64,000 bases of DNA, from the NCBI RefSeq assembly GCF_964355755.1, contig NC_092671.1, positions 13,764,001 through 13,828,000 of the forward strand, read 5' to 3'. Made by a program: the position numbers and the translations under genes. Source of the stretch: Antedon mediterranea. Its lineage: Eukaryota > Animalia > Echinodermata. How positions within the stretch are numbered: the stretch's first letter is position 1; each line of letters starts with the position of its first letter. A model generated the notes under the pieces. That model worked only from the letters and a program-made list of their open reading frames with translations, ran no database searches and was not told the origin of the DNA. Positions 38,701-53,700 of this stretch are shown here, in pieces.

Positions 38701-41700
38701 CATGTACATACTGAAATAACTACACAAGTTTTTGTACACACTGTTGAGCTACTAGTTTTGTAATAAAATGCATATATTTAGTTTTGTTTGCTTTATTTAA
38801 AATGATTAAACTTATTTTTTGTGACTAATTTTCTATTTTTTCAAGATTAAGATTTTAATTGAACTAAATTAAATTGTTATTATTAAATGTTGCAAAGCAA
38901 AACCCAAGACATGAGAATGCGGTATAAGTACTATAACAGGTTTTTAAATCTGTAACATTAAATCAATATTACTTTTTAAACCAGTTTGAATAAGACTGCA
39001 ATAAATAACTCAAAATATTGTAGGAAAAAAAAGAAATCTATTTATGACATTATATTTGTTATCATAATAAATCCATTGTATATTGCAATCCAAATAGACT
39101 CCTGTGACCATATGTTGCTAATACAAAGTTAATGTTAACACTAATATTTAATAGCACACATTTCTATAGTAGGCCTATTAAACATAATAAGCCTGAAATA
39201 AAAAGATGTTACATGAACCAATAACAGTGTTACAAGCACCACCATTTTGACAAATGTTATTACTACAAGCATTCACACCTGTAATATTGAATAAGTATGG
39301 TGAAATTATATATCAATAAAATTAACATGAACATATTGAAACAATAGTGTATTGTATTTTATTGTGTATATTTAGTTTTTTTTGTGGCTAATTTTTTATT
39401 TTTTAAATAAATCTGATGATAAATTAACCAATTGAACTAAATTTAATTGGTATTAAATTAAATATTGCAAAGCAAAACTAGGATTTTGATGGGCATCAAC
39501 AAACCTTTGTAATATACAAATACTAAACAAACGTATACTAAGTACAGTATTATAGAACATCATTCTCTTTTCCATATTTTGAACCTTTCAATAATGTGTT
39601 GTACAACTCATAGAGGTACTCATGTTGGATTTCTTAATAACATTCTTAATCAATTATCATAGCAAACTTTCATTTGTTGGTTTTTTTTGTAGATTGCAAT
39701 ATTTGCTTTAATTTTAAAGATGTATTGTCCCTTGAAACACAAAGAATGAAGGTTAAAATATTCGAAATTTAAATTGGCCATATCAAAGTAATATTAAAGT
39801 TATTCACTTTGAGTCGAAAATTCAAGCCAAAAACAACAAGTTTACGTAATTAACAGGTAAATTAATTTGATTACATTTCGTCTGGAAAATCGTCGCGAAA
39901 GAAAGTAAACAAAGATTTCAAACCACGAGTATGCATTATGCATGATGCTAATTAGGATTGTTTACAACTCGTCACGGTTGAGAAGGTGTTCTCACACAGA
40001 TCGCAAGGAAGTTTTATGATTATGCATACAGAGTAGCCAAACAAGCATGTTGCATTATGAGATATGTTTTGATCAAGTTTTTTTTTTAAACTAAGCTATA
40101 TGATTTTTGTCACTATATTAATGGGAACACCCAAGCAATATAAATCTATATATTTATGTATTAGGAATTCATTCACATGACAATCTTGTTCAAGGACAAA
40201 CATATACACAAGATGCTTCACCAAAATAATCTTGGGAGTGGAACTGTTGATTAAATTATTTATGATATCAAAATAAATAAAACCTATAAAACCTAGATAA
40301 TGCAACCGGGACACAAGAAGCTCTATTTTGACAGGCATGATTGGTACAAGCATTTGCTGAATTAAATAAAATGAATATCATTGGGATGTTATAAGCAATC
40401 AAATAGTGTGAATGTTATAAACATTATAAAGTGTATTAATCTTTAATCATATTTAAACATACATTAAATAAGAAACATATTACTAAAAAAAGATATGATA
40501 ATGATCTATATCTTAATGGAGTTGGACGTTGGATTACATCAAAGTACAGAAGCAATCAAATGTCATAATTCAATATATAATAGTGCGAATTTCTATATTA
40601 ACTATATTATGTTACAATGCTTTATTTAAAACTTACCTGTTTCACAGAATGATCCAGAGAAACATGATGGACATGTACAAGTGTAAGCAGTACATGAACC
40701 AATAACAGTGTTACAAGCACCACCATTTTGACAAATGTTATTACTACAAGCATTCACACCTGTAATATTGAATAAGTATGGTGAAATTATTTATCAATAA
40801 AATTAACATGAACATACTGAAACAACAAAAACTGTTGTACACACTGTTGAGCTACTAGTTTTGTAATAAAATGTGTATATTTAGTTTTGTTTGCTTTATT
40901 TAATTATTTATTTTTTGTGAGCAATTTTCTATTTTTTCAAGATTAAGATTTTAATTGAACTAAATTAAATTGTTATTATTAAATGTTGCAAAGCAAAACC
41001 CAAGACATGAGAATGCGGTATAAGTACTATAACAGGTTTTCGCGCCGCGGCTCTAGCCAGCTATGTCCCAGGAGGACACATTCATTAATAAGCTGTTTCA
41101 TAGCGGTAGCTTTAGTATCTAAGGCTGACAGTTTTGTGAATTTGGAAACTCGACTATAATTTATAGGTAGCTGCTGGACCCAAAAAACGTCTGGGAGAAG
41201 AGAGTCTATATGAAAGCCTTTGCTGATAATACAGTATTATTGAGATGTAGACGGAAATCTGTAAAATCTTGTTCAATAAATAATAACTTCGTTTTTGCTG
41301 TCAACCAGGCCGGTATTATAATAAGTCACTGTCAAATAATCATTCGATAATGGTCAAAACTTTATTTTGGCTCTGTCAACATAAAGGGAGGTATTTACAA
41401 TGACTTTCTTTTGACTGTCAATCTAGGCCAATGTTATAATAATACGCCGTCAGATATTAAATCATTGAAACAGTCCTGGTAAATTTTTTTTTTGGTTATC
41501 TGATGCCGTGGGGGGGGGGGGGGTCCAATCAATTATCGTCAGAAGGTGAACAATCAGTCTAGGTAGCAGCAGCAGATTATTAGGAACGCCTGCTCCATTA
41601 ATTAATCCAGAAAAAGGTTTGTACATTATCTATTTGTTTATTAGCCTTCTCCTAACACAATTATATTTTCTTTAAAAAAAGGTTTATAAGTGGTTTCAAC

Positions 41701-44700
41701 ATTTATGATAGTAATGTCACAGTTCTGTGTCTGGACGCAAGTTCATAGACCTACTAGTTATATTATTCATATTAACTGATAGGCCTACTTACTCTTCATT
41801 TACCGTAAAGTTCAGTTTTAATGAAATATATAATATAAATTGGCTTCGTAACAATTAATTAGTGTTGAAAAGGTTAGTTTTTTGGTGATAGGTGAAAATG
41901 ACATGTAACTTCGTAATCAATTTATTTTTTTTGTATAAAGGCCCAATTACACTATGACGATAACGACGGACGATAAATATATAGCATGCATTTTTTTTAC
42001 ATAAACCAAAAGAAATTAGAAAGGTTTTCGTTCTAGACCTATAGGATAATCGTTTATGCTGTCTGATAAAAATAATGTTTTTCAAATTCCAATCAAATGA
42101 CGTCATGATAAATAAAAACAATAAAATCGCTGTATTGTCACGATATTATTGGTCTTACTAATCATGACGTCATTTGATTGGACGTGTGAAAATATAATTT
42201 TCATCAAAATAATTGTTTATATTTCTTTTGGTTTATGTATTAAAAATGCACATTTGTCTATTTATCGTCAATCGTTATCGTCCTAGTGTATGGGCCTTAT
42301 GCTGTAAATGTTCAATTAATTGATCATTCCGATTTTATTAGTTGGACTCTTGCACAGTTGCTGTCTAATCGTTGTTGTGTAATATCATTTCGAACCATAT
42401 TAAAATCATAAAGAGATTCATATTCCTTAACATGTGGCTGTGCATGGAAGTCCGGTCTACAAAAACTCGGGCCCGGGGTCATTGTTATTGGGCCTGAAAG
42501 TGTTGGTGAATTCATAATATACTTAATATTATATTTATATATTATAATTATATTATTATACAATTGAAAGCAAAACCCGTTGAATCTCAAATCATTAGGA
42601 CTAGAAATTTGGCTTATCAATCAAATAAATACTTTCGTTCTCTCTCTCTCTAATCAAAAGATTGAACTCGAAAACGGACCGTTTTTTTTTAATTGGGTAT
42701 GTTGAAACATTTCAATATTCATTAAAAAAAGTACATTAATTATGGTATTGATCAGTGGCTATAGAGGCGTAAAAACCCTCGGTCAATATCATGTAAAATG
42801 CACTGTGGAAGGGTCATTTATTAAGACTGCAAAATTGGGCTTATCAACAAATAAATACTTTCGTTCAAAATGTAAAATCAAGGCTGAAAAATTGGGTTTA
42901 TCAACAACAAAATATTTTATTATTAGACGCGATAACATCAAGGATAATCAGTATAATTATTAATATAGCCACTGTTACTAGTTTTATTCTACATGCTAAA
43001 GTAAATAAAAATCCACTAGAAAACAAACAAGTCTGAATGTTATGCTTATTAGCCATGTTATGTTTGTTACTGTAGGCCTATGATTGTTTGCAATGTCCAC
43101 ATATTATTTCCGTGGGCATATCCATAGTGTATCACTCACAAAAAAGACGTGTGAGGTTCTTTCTTTAGATTTTGAAGAATGATTTGTGTTACAGGTTGAC
43201 ACATGAATTAAATGCTCAACAAGATATCGGCTAACGCCATGGGACCCTTGGCTTATCAATGAATAATAAATACAGTACTAGGCCTACTTTCGTTCAATTG
43301 AAATCGGAATCTGACTGTTTCATTAAATTGGGTGTGATTAGGCCTAAACATATAATAATTTATTAAAAAGGTACAATAAAAACAAATGCATCAGAGGCGT
43401 AAAGAACCCACGGTCAATATCATGTAAAATGTATATGGTATAAGCACTTTGGAAGGGGTCATTGTTATTAAACTGGAAAAGCTTATCAACAAATAAATAA
43501 TTTCGTTTAAAATATAAAATAAGACTGCAAAATTGGGCTTATCAACAAATAAATAGTTTCGTTCAAAATGTAAAATAAGACTGCACAATTGGGCTTATCA
43601 ACAAATAAAATACTTTTTTTTCAAAATGTAAAATTAAGACTGGAAAATTGGGCTTATAAACAAATAAATACTTTTTTTCGAAATGTAAGAAAACATTTTT
43701 TAAATATAATCCTTAAGCTCTGTCTATACTATCAAACTAAATATGATGTGCCCATAATTATATAGACATGACGATGTCATATCACTACGATATTCGGGCA
43801 TATCACTATACCATATTTGGTACTTTTTTTAGTTGGGACAGTGCAGACACAGAACTATGTGATCGAAACATAAGTCGGAATTGGACTGACGCGATTGATT
43901 TAATTGGGTATTTTTTATTAATGTAATGATTCATTAAAAACTATAATACCGATACGCGTTTGGTATTGATCAATGGTGCAAAAAACCCTGATAAATAATG
44001 TTATAACGCGATTTGGTGATTGCTTAGCAATAATACAACCCATATACTATTATTATAAATACCTATTACAAATCCATTCATATAAATTTTAATCGCGAAC
44101 CGAAAATGTATAAATGTTATTCTACAGACAGTAATTATATATTCAAAAGCCATATTATTATTATTATTATCAATACCTAAATGCGATAGTAATAACCACA
44201 TAAACATACATTATTCCCAATACAAGTGTGCGCGTTTAATTCTAGAAAGAAACGACTGTGCTGACAGGCCAATGACATAAATCACAAGTAAAGTCCCAAT
44301 TGTTCACTTGCGTTTTGATTGGCCGACCTATTATATTAGATTAATGAAGACTGTTCTTACAACTGTCTATTCAAAAAGTTACGCGGCGTTTTTTGTAAGA
44401 AATATTTCTTGTTAAATCTGTAACATTAAATCAATATTTTACTTTTTAAACCAGTTTGAATAAGACTGCAATAAATAACTCAAAATATTGTAGAAAAAAA
44501 AGAAATCTATTTATGACATTATATTTGTTATCATAATAAATCCATTGTATATTGCAATCCAAATAGACTGCTGTGACCATATTAGTCCAGTCAATCTAAT
44601 GATATACCCACCACAAATTGCAATAGTAACAAAGCAAGTATTTTTGAATTCCATATAAAGTGTAGAGCAACGTACTAAAAGTCACCGAAAATCCAAGCAT

Positions 44701-47700
44701 TGGGTCAAGGGGTCAGAGGTCAATAAAGGTCATTTTAAGTCAAAATTAATATGCCCCATTAATTACATATATTTAACCATTTGAAATACATTATATACAA
44801 GTGTGATTTATGTCATCCGAAAGCTTATTAAATTTCCTATTCAGTGATATCAAACTTATAGTCATAACATGTTATTTAGAATGTCATTTTTGCGGAAAAA
44901 CACAACATAATGTGTCAATTTTGGCAAAAAATGTTGTTTTAGCTGTAATCAACAATGGTATACACACAGGGATACCCTGGGGTGAACATTTCAGTCCAAA
45001 GCGATACACTAATGACCAGCTCAAGATGCAGATGAGTGACATCTCTGTTCCTGTTGCTTCTGGATGATCTACATTCCATTTTTTCCAGATGGCATTTGTG
45101 TTGCCATAGTTATAGTATTTATATTGGGATGTATAAGTATTTTAACGATTTTTTAACCAGTAGAAATACAAAGATGTTCAACAGCAGTTTGACAATGACC
45201 TCCATGTTGTATGACGTTCGGACCATCTGGACTGGATTGAAAGGTTTACGATGAAATCGGTCGCGTCTGAAATCGGTCGCGTTTGAAATCGGTCGCGATG
45301 AAATCAACTTCCGGTATTTTGTATGGCGCGCCGCTAGAGCTATACTTTTGATGATATCGGTCGCGTTTGAAATCGGTCGCGTTTGAAATCGGTCGCGCTA
45401 TTTTGAATGGATCGAGCGGGATGCATGCTAGAGCGGGATATACATTTTTCGTTTATATAGATTTAATTGATATTTTTTAGGAATTAGATTATTTATGTGG
45501 ATATTTTTTACTTGGTAATATTTATTATCAATCATTAAATTAATTTTTTTTTGTATTTCACAGGTCTCGGAGAAGGACTGTGTCTTTTCAAAATGGCCAT
45601 TTCTAAACACGTTTAAATATTATAGGCCTATTAGGCATAATGTTTTATTAGGCATATAATAATTTACCTCTATTTATATGTACTGTAATTAATATATTAT
45701 ATAGAGAATATACGTCTGTCGTGTCTTTTATTATGCAAACAATTACGTATGGTTTTAGGATATTAATAAAATATATAGATAATATGCCGTTATAAATCAA
45801 TCTACCGGCCTACAGTAGGACTATGATGTACAATGATAGATAAAGGTGAACACGATTCTCAAAGAGGTAATCTGCACTGATATTTAAACATTTAGGCCTA
45901 GATTTACTAAACGGCGTATGAATGCGAGACACTGAGTTGCACTTACTTAATTATTTACATTAAATGATTATTATAAATGAAGAAATAAAAGATATTCAAA
46001 TTAAAATATATAGGCCTATAGTATCGCCGACGTATTTACGTAAATTATATATAAATCATACTGTCAAATTATAGAAACAGTACTTTATTCGGAATTATTA
46101 TGGATATATAGCAAGCCTGTGAGCTACAGCGACTTTAATTGCTTTTGCTTATCATTGTCAGTGTCTTGATTTTGTTACCTATGTTTTAAATGTATTTCGA
46201 TTTTAAAGGCTAAATAATGAATGAATGAACATAATCTCATAATCGCGTCGAGCATCTATAGCTCATTGAATCGTTTCACAAAAACACGTGCAGGAGGCCT
46301 ATAGACGTTTCAAACGTATGGTTATTAGTAATAGACGTCATCTTTATCTCGCCATGGACAACGATCGTCGTGTTTTGTCCATGAGTTGACATACTAACAA
46401 GTGCGTGTTTTTTAAAAAGGGGAAACCCCGTCAGCAAAATAACGTATTGTTAGAGGAAACAGCTTCACGATCATAGAAGGCGCATCTCAGTCGATATGGC
46501 TTATTCGGGGGTTTATTTCAGTAACTCGCCTTTTAACCATCCGCATATAATGATTATTTTACTAAAAACTATTTTAAACATTAGAAATAAAAATATACAC
46601 GTGATTTGCCTCAACAATAATCATTATACACTTAATATTATCCTACATAACGGATAGAAATAAAAATAAGGTGATCGAATAGTATGTTGTTAACGACATG
46701 GATATGATATAATCTGCCACATATATGCATAAGTATAAAAATGGATACGCTGGCTTTACGGGCTATATTGTAAAAATTATTGTTTTTAAATAAATTGTTC
46801 TCTTTTACGTAATTGTTTGCATAATAAAAGACACGACAGACGTTTCTCTATATAATATATTAATTACAGTACATATAAATAGAGGTATTTTATTTTTATT
46901 TCTTTATTCTGATATAAAATCAATAGGATAAAAACACAAAAAAGTACCGAGACGGCAAACTTATTTCCATTGTGGTCCTAAATTTCCATTGTGGTCCTAG
47001 GTAAATTATTATATGCCTAATATAACATTATGCCTAATATAATATTTAAACGTGTTTAGAAATGGCCATTTTGAAAAGACACAGTCCTTCTCCAAGACCT
47101 GTGAAATACAAAAAAATTAATTTAATGATTGATAATAAATATTTATTAACCAAGTAAAAAATATCCACAAATAATCTAGTTCCTAAAAAATATCAATTAA
47201 CTATATAAACGAAAAATGTATATCCCGCTCTAGCATGCATCCCGCTCGATCCATACAAAATAGCGCGACCGATTTCAAACGCGACCGATTTCAAACGCGA
47301 CCGATATCATCAAAGGTACAGCTCTAGCGGCGCGCCATACAAAATACCGGAAGTTGATTTTATCGCGACCGATTTCCAACGCGACCGATTTCAAGCGCGA
47401 CCGATTTCATCTGACACCGATTGAAAGGGTTTCTATGAGAAGCCTCAAAGAAAACCAGAGGTTTGGCAAGAGATATAGGAATGAGTACATCCAGACCAAA
47501 TCTGCGCTGAAATGTATGTAATGAAAAATAATGCAATAGCATCAGGGCGTTAAATAGGGTAGTAACAAAGTGCGAGGCAGCGAGGCACGCGAGGCAGGGA
47601 AGGCATGCGAGGCAAGTCAGAAATTTATGCGAGGCATCGTTTTACCATCATCAAAAAATGCGAGGCATCATTTTATCATTTCTCAAAATTGCAAGGCAGG

Positions 47701-50700
47701 AAATCACCGAAATTGAAGTAGCCTAGGCCTAGGCCCGCTAGGCTAGTTTCCTTTTGCACCTGCCTTGTATTTTAACCAACTTTATCCTGAATACCACAGC
47801 TTAGAATTAGTAGGCCTACTTTAATGAAGAAAAATCACATAAAAGTAACAATAAATCCATTAAATTGGTGATTTTACAGACGTTGTTTTTCTCGCATTTC
47901 GCACACTCAATGTTCAATATTTTGGTTTCTATGGAACGCCAAAAGAGCAAAATTAATTAGAGGGCTAAAAACTCTGTGGAATCCATTTATATTTAACGCA
48001 TTATTTGGTGAAAATCAAGTACAATTTCAATAGATTTTGTCACTGTCAGTAAAGAAAAATGTTACTGTTCACCGGGGTGTGTAGAAAGCGACGACCTCGA
48101 ATTGGACGACCCCAACGACCCGGGCGACCTCGAATTGGACGACCTAGAATTGGACGACCCATAACACGAAACCGACGACCCCTATAATAGCCTAGCCTAG
48201 CCTAGGCCTAAGTATGGTATAACATCCCGAAGCCGAACATAACCAAAGATCTTTAAACCATACCTTATATATACTCGCAATTCAAGCAAGCAATTGATTG
48301 AAAAAATACAGAAATATCGCCATTTGATACTGAATGTGTCGACACGAACAAACGAACAGATATGGAACGCCAAGAGTGCATCATTAAAACTGCATTCGAC
48401 TCGATTAGCACACGAAATATCATAAACATGGCAAACCAGGCCCCTTTTTCAGCGGCAGGTAAGGTTTGACCATGGAGGTATATTTTACCTCCATGGTTTG
48501 ACCAGCTCCATGGTTTGGTAAAAATATTTTTATACCTCCATGGTTTGACCGTATACAATGCATGTGTGAAATGTAAAGCTTTCTTATGGCCCTCCCCATG
48601 CAGGCCAAGTTGAGCCGCCGACAAGTTGAGGCGCCGCCAGAAAAACGTTATTTTCTATGAAACGCCAAATGCTTACTTTCGCCGGTGCTCGTTTCTATTT
48701 AATAGAAGTTCTATTTATATTAATTATTAGATATAACGATGTATATTCCAAAGTTTATATATCACGGTTTTTAGCATATATTATTAAATAATATAATTAA
48801 AGAGAAATAATTATGAATATCTGACTTGTATATTCCAAAATATAAGGCCTAAAACAAAATGATCGTTTTTAGCCAAAAATGACGTAAACATGTTGCCCCC
48901 TCAGGCGGCAGTTGAAGTAAAATAATTGCATAAAATCACCGTTTTTTTGTAAAATATTTTGTGTATTAACATTGTAAAATTCAATAAAATATGATAATAA
49001 AAGATAGTAAATAAAAAATAATTATTATTTAACCTCATTCGAAGAATATCAATACTCTATTAGTCCTGAGAGACAACGTGATTTTACGTGTAGGCATACA
49101 CGCGAGAAAATATTATGGAGTGCACTGCATTTTTACCTTGAAAGATTAAAAACAATTAAATTATTAAATATGACTACTTTCCTTTGCTGTTTCAAACCAA
49201 CAAAATTGTAGTATGTAATTATTATTTATTTTCATGACACAATAAACCTAAAGACCATGAACTTATGTAGGGCCTACTAGGACACCACTCTATCACTACG
49301 CGAAATGTCGTAAAAGACGCACTGGCCATTTCATAGAAATTACCGGCGGCTCAACTTGTCGGCGGCCCAACCGGTCATATCCCCCCATGCACATGTTACG
49401 CTGCTTGGTAGGCCTATAGTGTTCGTTATAAGAAGACGAGATGTAATTATACGTCCATGGTTTAACCATGTATTGTATAATATTTATTTCTTTTTAATTT
49501 ATTTTTAATATGTCGAATGCAGTTTTAATGATGCACTCTTGGCGTTCCATATCTTTTCGTTTGTTCGTGTCGACACAATCAGTATCAAATGGCGATATTT
49601 CTGTATTTTTTCAATCAATTGCTTGCTTCCTTATAATAAGGTATAGTTTAAAGGTCTTTGGCTATGTTCGGCTTCGGGATGTTATACCACACTTAGGCCT
49701 AGGCTAGGCTAGGCTATAGGGGTCGTCGATTTCGTGTTATGGGTCGTTCAATTCGAGGTCGTTCAATTCGAGGTCGCCCGGGTCGTTGGGGTCGTCCAAT
49801 TCGAGGTCGTCGCTTTCTACACACCCCTGTTCACCGGTGTACTGTTGATAATGTACACGGTTTCGGTAACCTTTTAAAGAATAAAATAGAAAAATTCATC
49901 ATAATATCCTTAGTAGGATGTCCTAGGTCTAGACTAGGTAGTGATGTTGATTTAGGATCGATTATTATTCTTTGAAAACAGAACAGTATCAGCAGTAACA
50001 TATTACAGCATTTTTATTGACAAATTCAACAAATATATTGAAATAAAACGTGTTTTTCACCAATAAATGCATGAGAAATTGACGCATTCCACTGAGTTTT
50101 AGTCCTCTATTATCGTTGCTCTTTTGGCGCTCCATAGAAACAAAAATATTGAACATTGAATAAGTGAAATTCGCGAACAGTGTGCGAGAAACACGCCTGT
50201 AAAATCATTAATTTAAGGATTTATTTGTTAATTTTTATGTGATTCTTTCATTAAAGTACTCATGAGGTATACTTCTAAGGTGTGGTATTCACACGATAAA
50301 GTTAGTTATCAAATTTGGAGTAAAAATACAAGCGAAGGAAACTAGCGCCAGGTTTATTAGTACGTACATGGACAACAATAAATAAAAATCGTTCGTAATA
50401 TACCTAGCTTACTAAAACAGGAATAGTGTATCATTATTAAATATTACACCAATTATTATTATATCAAAATTGATTAAATTATTTTCTACATAGGCCTCTT
50501 ATCTAGGTTAGGGCTAAGCATATTAGCTAAAGTTTAATAGGCCTAGTATTACAATTGTCGGACGTAAGTCTTTTTTCACACGCGCTCCAGAATTCTGTCG
50601 CAATTTTTTTCTTTGCGGCATGTTATTGGATCGGCATATCAGTTACCTTTTATTCACCGCCAGTTATTGAACTTGTCCTGGCAATCGCTGTTCACCTTAT

Positions 50701-53700
50701 TTGCGAGAGAGGTACACGTGTTGTTCCTAGAGAATGGAATGTCAAAAATGTCTTTGGCACGCCGCTCAGAGAGAAGTCTGTGCGTTGCTGCTGAAACCAC
50801 GTGCTATAGGAGGGGAATGCACCACAATCCTCTGAGCTGAGGGCTGAATCATTCCGCTACCTGCTAAATAGTAAAGAGGGATTTTCCATCTCTCGGGTCT
50901 ACTGGATCTAGGCGCAGGGGTGTGACAAAATATTATTTTCACTCTGCTATGTTCGAGAGACATGTGAGTGAACACGCTCGAAATGCCAACAAACATTGCA
51001 GTCATTTGATGAGTGTGTCGCTATAACAATTATTGTTTATCGAAAGTTGAAGACTGTCGTTCAGATTTTTGAACCGTAGTTTGGGCACTTTTGTAAAAGT
51101 AAAATTTGACACGATATGACTTGAATGAAAAAACAATCGTTACATAAAAATAAACAACATGATGAGTGTATACACGAATCTATTTAGATACGCTTGTATC
51201 GATTGATTATTAGGCCTATAATATAGCATAATAGCACGTTAAGATATGCCTCGCACCTTTTTGAAATTGTAAACTATATGCCTCGCATGCCTCGCACTTT
51301 TGGAAATGATAAAATGATGCCTCGCACAAATATTTGACATGCCTCGCGTGCCTCGCTGCCTCGCACTTTGTCAACACTCAGGGCGTTACTCCAGCAGCGG
51401 CCAACATAAGACCTTATGGCCACACGTCAGGGACACAATGGCAATTGAAAAATACATTTGGTTACGACTCAGAGACTTCATACCATTGTACGGGAGTTAC
51501 TGCAGGTGATTCGGAATATAAGCAATGTGGTATTAAAATGGATATGAAAGGATTTTAAAATTTCACAAAAAGGACTTTGTATGAATCCTTTTAATGTTAA
51601 TAAACAGCACACAAAAAATTAGATTCAAATACCTAGTAGAAATTGAGAAATAAACAAATTAAATTTTGGTATAAAACGTCCGCAAAATGGCCGACCAACT
51701 GGCACGCCATCTTAATTTTTATGAACGTTCTATACGCACGTACAAGATCGTCAAATTTAGAGTTTGAAACACCCGGGGTTGTAGCCACGGCAGCAGTCGT
51801 TTTGTGATTGGTTAATTTATTTTAATACAGTCCAATCACCGCCTTGTCTCGTTCGCGGACTGTGTGGTGTAAACAAAATAAACAAACCCATGCTACACGA
51901 GACTCGCGTGTTGCAAGCTCCCTGTTGCTGCAGTCGTAGAAAATATCGATATTTCACAAATCAATAAAAAGTTATGTCTGCAAAGATTGTACGTGAAAAG
52001 AAGAAAGTGTGTATTTGTACTTCTCGCACTAAACCACTCACACAGACTACAAATTAGGCTAGGTCTAGTAGACTATAGTTTCTTCTAAATTCGCTAGTAG
52101 TAGGCTAGGCCTACACATGGAGTTACTCCATGGCCTACAGTACAAGAGAGTAGCAGTCGCCGGTCCACCGACGAACCTCCAGGAAGTGGACAAGGCGCGG
52201 GCGTAGACGTATGTAAAAGGCGACGTAAATAAAAAAGGTAAGCTTGTGTTGAACTTTTTTTGCTCTGACTTTTGTTATTGACTAATATAGTAATATAATA
52301 ATACTAATAATTAAAGTAGAGCAGAGGGATCAACTGCCGTTTTGGCTCCGGAGTTTTTTTTAGGGTTATTCCATTATTAAAGTGGGGGTGTGTGGTTATG
52401 AATATTGTGTGCAGGTACGTCAATAGAAATGACATTGAGAGCCCTCTTCTGTCAGTTGACTGGTTCCCGGTCTACCGCCTTGTAATTGACTTAATCATGA
52501 TCGAATTCCAATAACTTAAGAATATACAAAATGTTTACATAATTATATAACAATGTAGACCTATCTAATAATGTTTTTACTTTTTTGCAGATAAAGGAGG
52601 ATCATCAATAAAATAAAATGATAAAAATTCCAGGCATTTAATATACGGTTTACTGATAAAATATAATGTACCAATGAAATAAACCTGGTGTTCTGAAACA
52701 TATTTTAATAACTTTTGCCGGCCTAGCGCCTTTGTGTATCTAAATCTATCTAAATAATTAAGTTAGTACAGTATTAACAAATAAAGGGTTAGGGTTATGT
52801 ATAATAAAATGATAGAAATGAGGCATTATCTAATAATGTTTTTATTTATTTTTTTTTCAGATTTTTATAGTTTTAAAATTCAAGTACCGTTTTTATAGCG
52901 TTATGTATCCTGTAAATGCTAACCTAAATACGTTATCTGAATGTTTCTTTTTACGTTATAGAAATGTAATAAAATAACGGTTATTAGTGAACCTAAACAT
53001 TAACCAAACACTAACGTTAGAAAACCACTATGTGATTGCTGGACTGCCACAATAGAACAATAGACCTAGGTATGTTAAACAAAGAAATCACGTCAAAGCA
53101 GGGTGGAGACGGAATTTTAAGACAAAGGCGTTCTATACAAATGCAAATCTGGTGGTGGAATACAACATGATCAATGCTGACAGAAATTCACGTAAACTCT
53201 GCAGTAAAAAAAATGTAGAAACATTATTTGCGTATTAAATCACTATATAAAATGTTCAGCTTGTTTAATTAATATACTGTACAATAATAACCGTACTATG
53301 ATTTTCTTTTTTAACCTGTTTTGAACGTCTCTTTTATCTACTACAAGGAATAATTTCGCCAGTGTGGCATAGCAAAAAGCTATACAAAACAACCTTATTG
53401 CTACACATTTCGAAAATTGTGTAGCAAAAATACAATACAAAACTATGTTTCTCGACTAAATCAGTTTGATTAGCAATTTTGCTAAAATTTTGAAATGAAA
53501 TTGTTCACTGTACTACAGACTCCCACTTGTAATTTTAATGCTAGTCGATATATGATTTCTATACTGTACTTACTGTTTATTACAGCTCATACATAGTTGC
53601 TATTCTCTTGAGGCTCAAGACGACCAAATAGACAGTTTGATATCCAAGTACAACTTGTAACTAGAATTTAATTCGTCACTTTGACGAATTATAGGTGATC

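Larger units (their letters stand above)
34167..41040. repeat. Tandem ~2.9-kb duplications in gene 1; the third unit continues at 44412-44582 and 61533-61740
   Basis: 35231/38122, 35637/38532 and 36304/39213 are offset by about 2.9 kb; identical spurious ORFs occur at 34985 and 37876. Confidence 0.92.
47553..51379. mobile_element. Long-TIR element (Mutator-like)
   Basis: acaaagtgcgaggcagcgaggcacgcgaggca / tgcctcgcgtgcctcgctgcctcgcactttgt; flanking direct repeat (tc)agggcgtta. Confidence 0.75.

Noticed and set aside
34985-40353. Identical 72-aa ORFs repeated three times
   Set aside because: Intronic, no recognisable motif; the identity simply reflects the tandem duplication.
50400-51240. GC-richer block with several short overlapping ORFs
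   Set aside because: Internal to a TIR element, ORFs under 80 aa, no recognisable motif.
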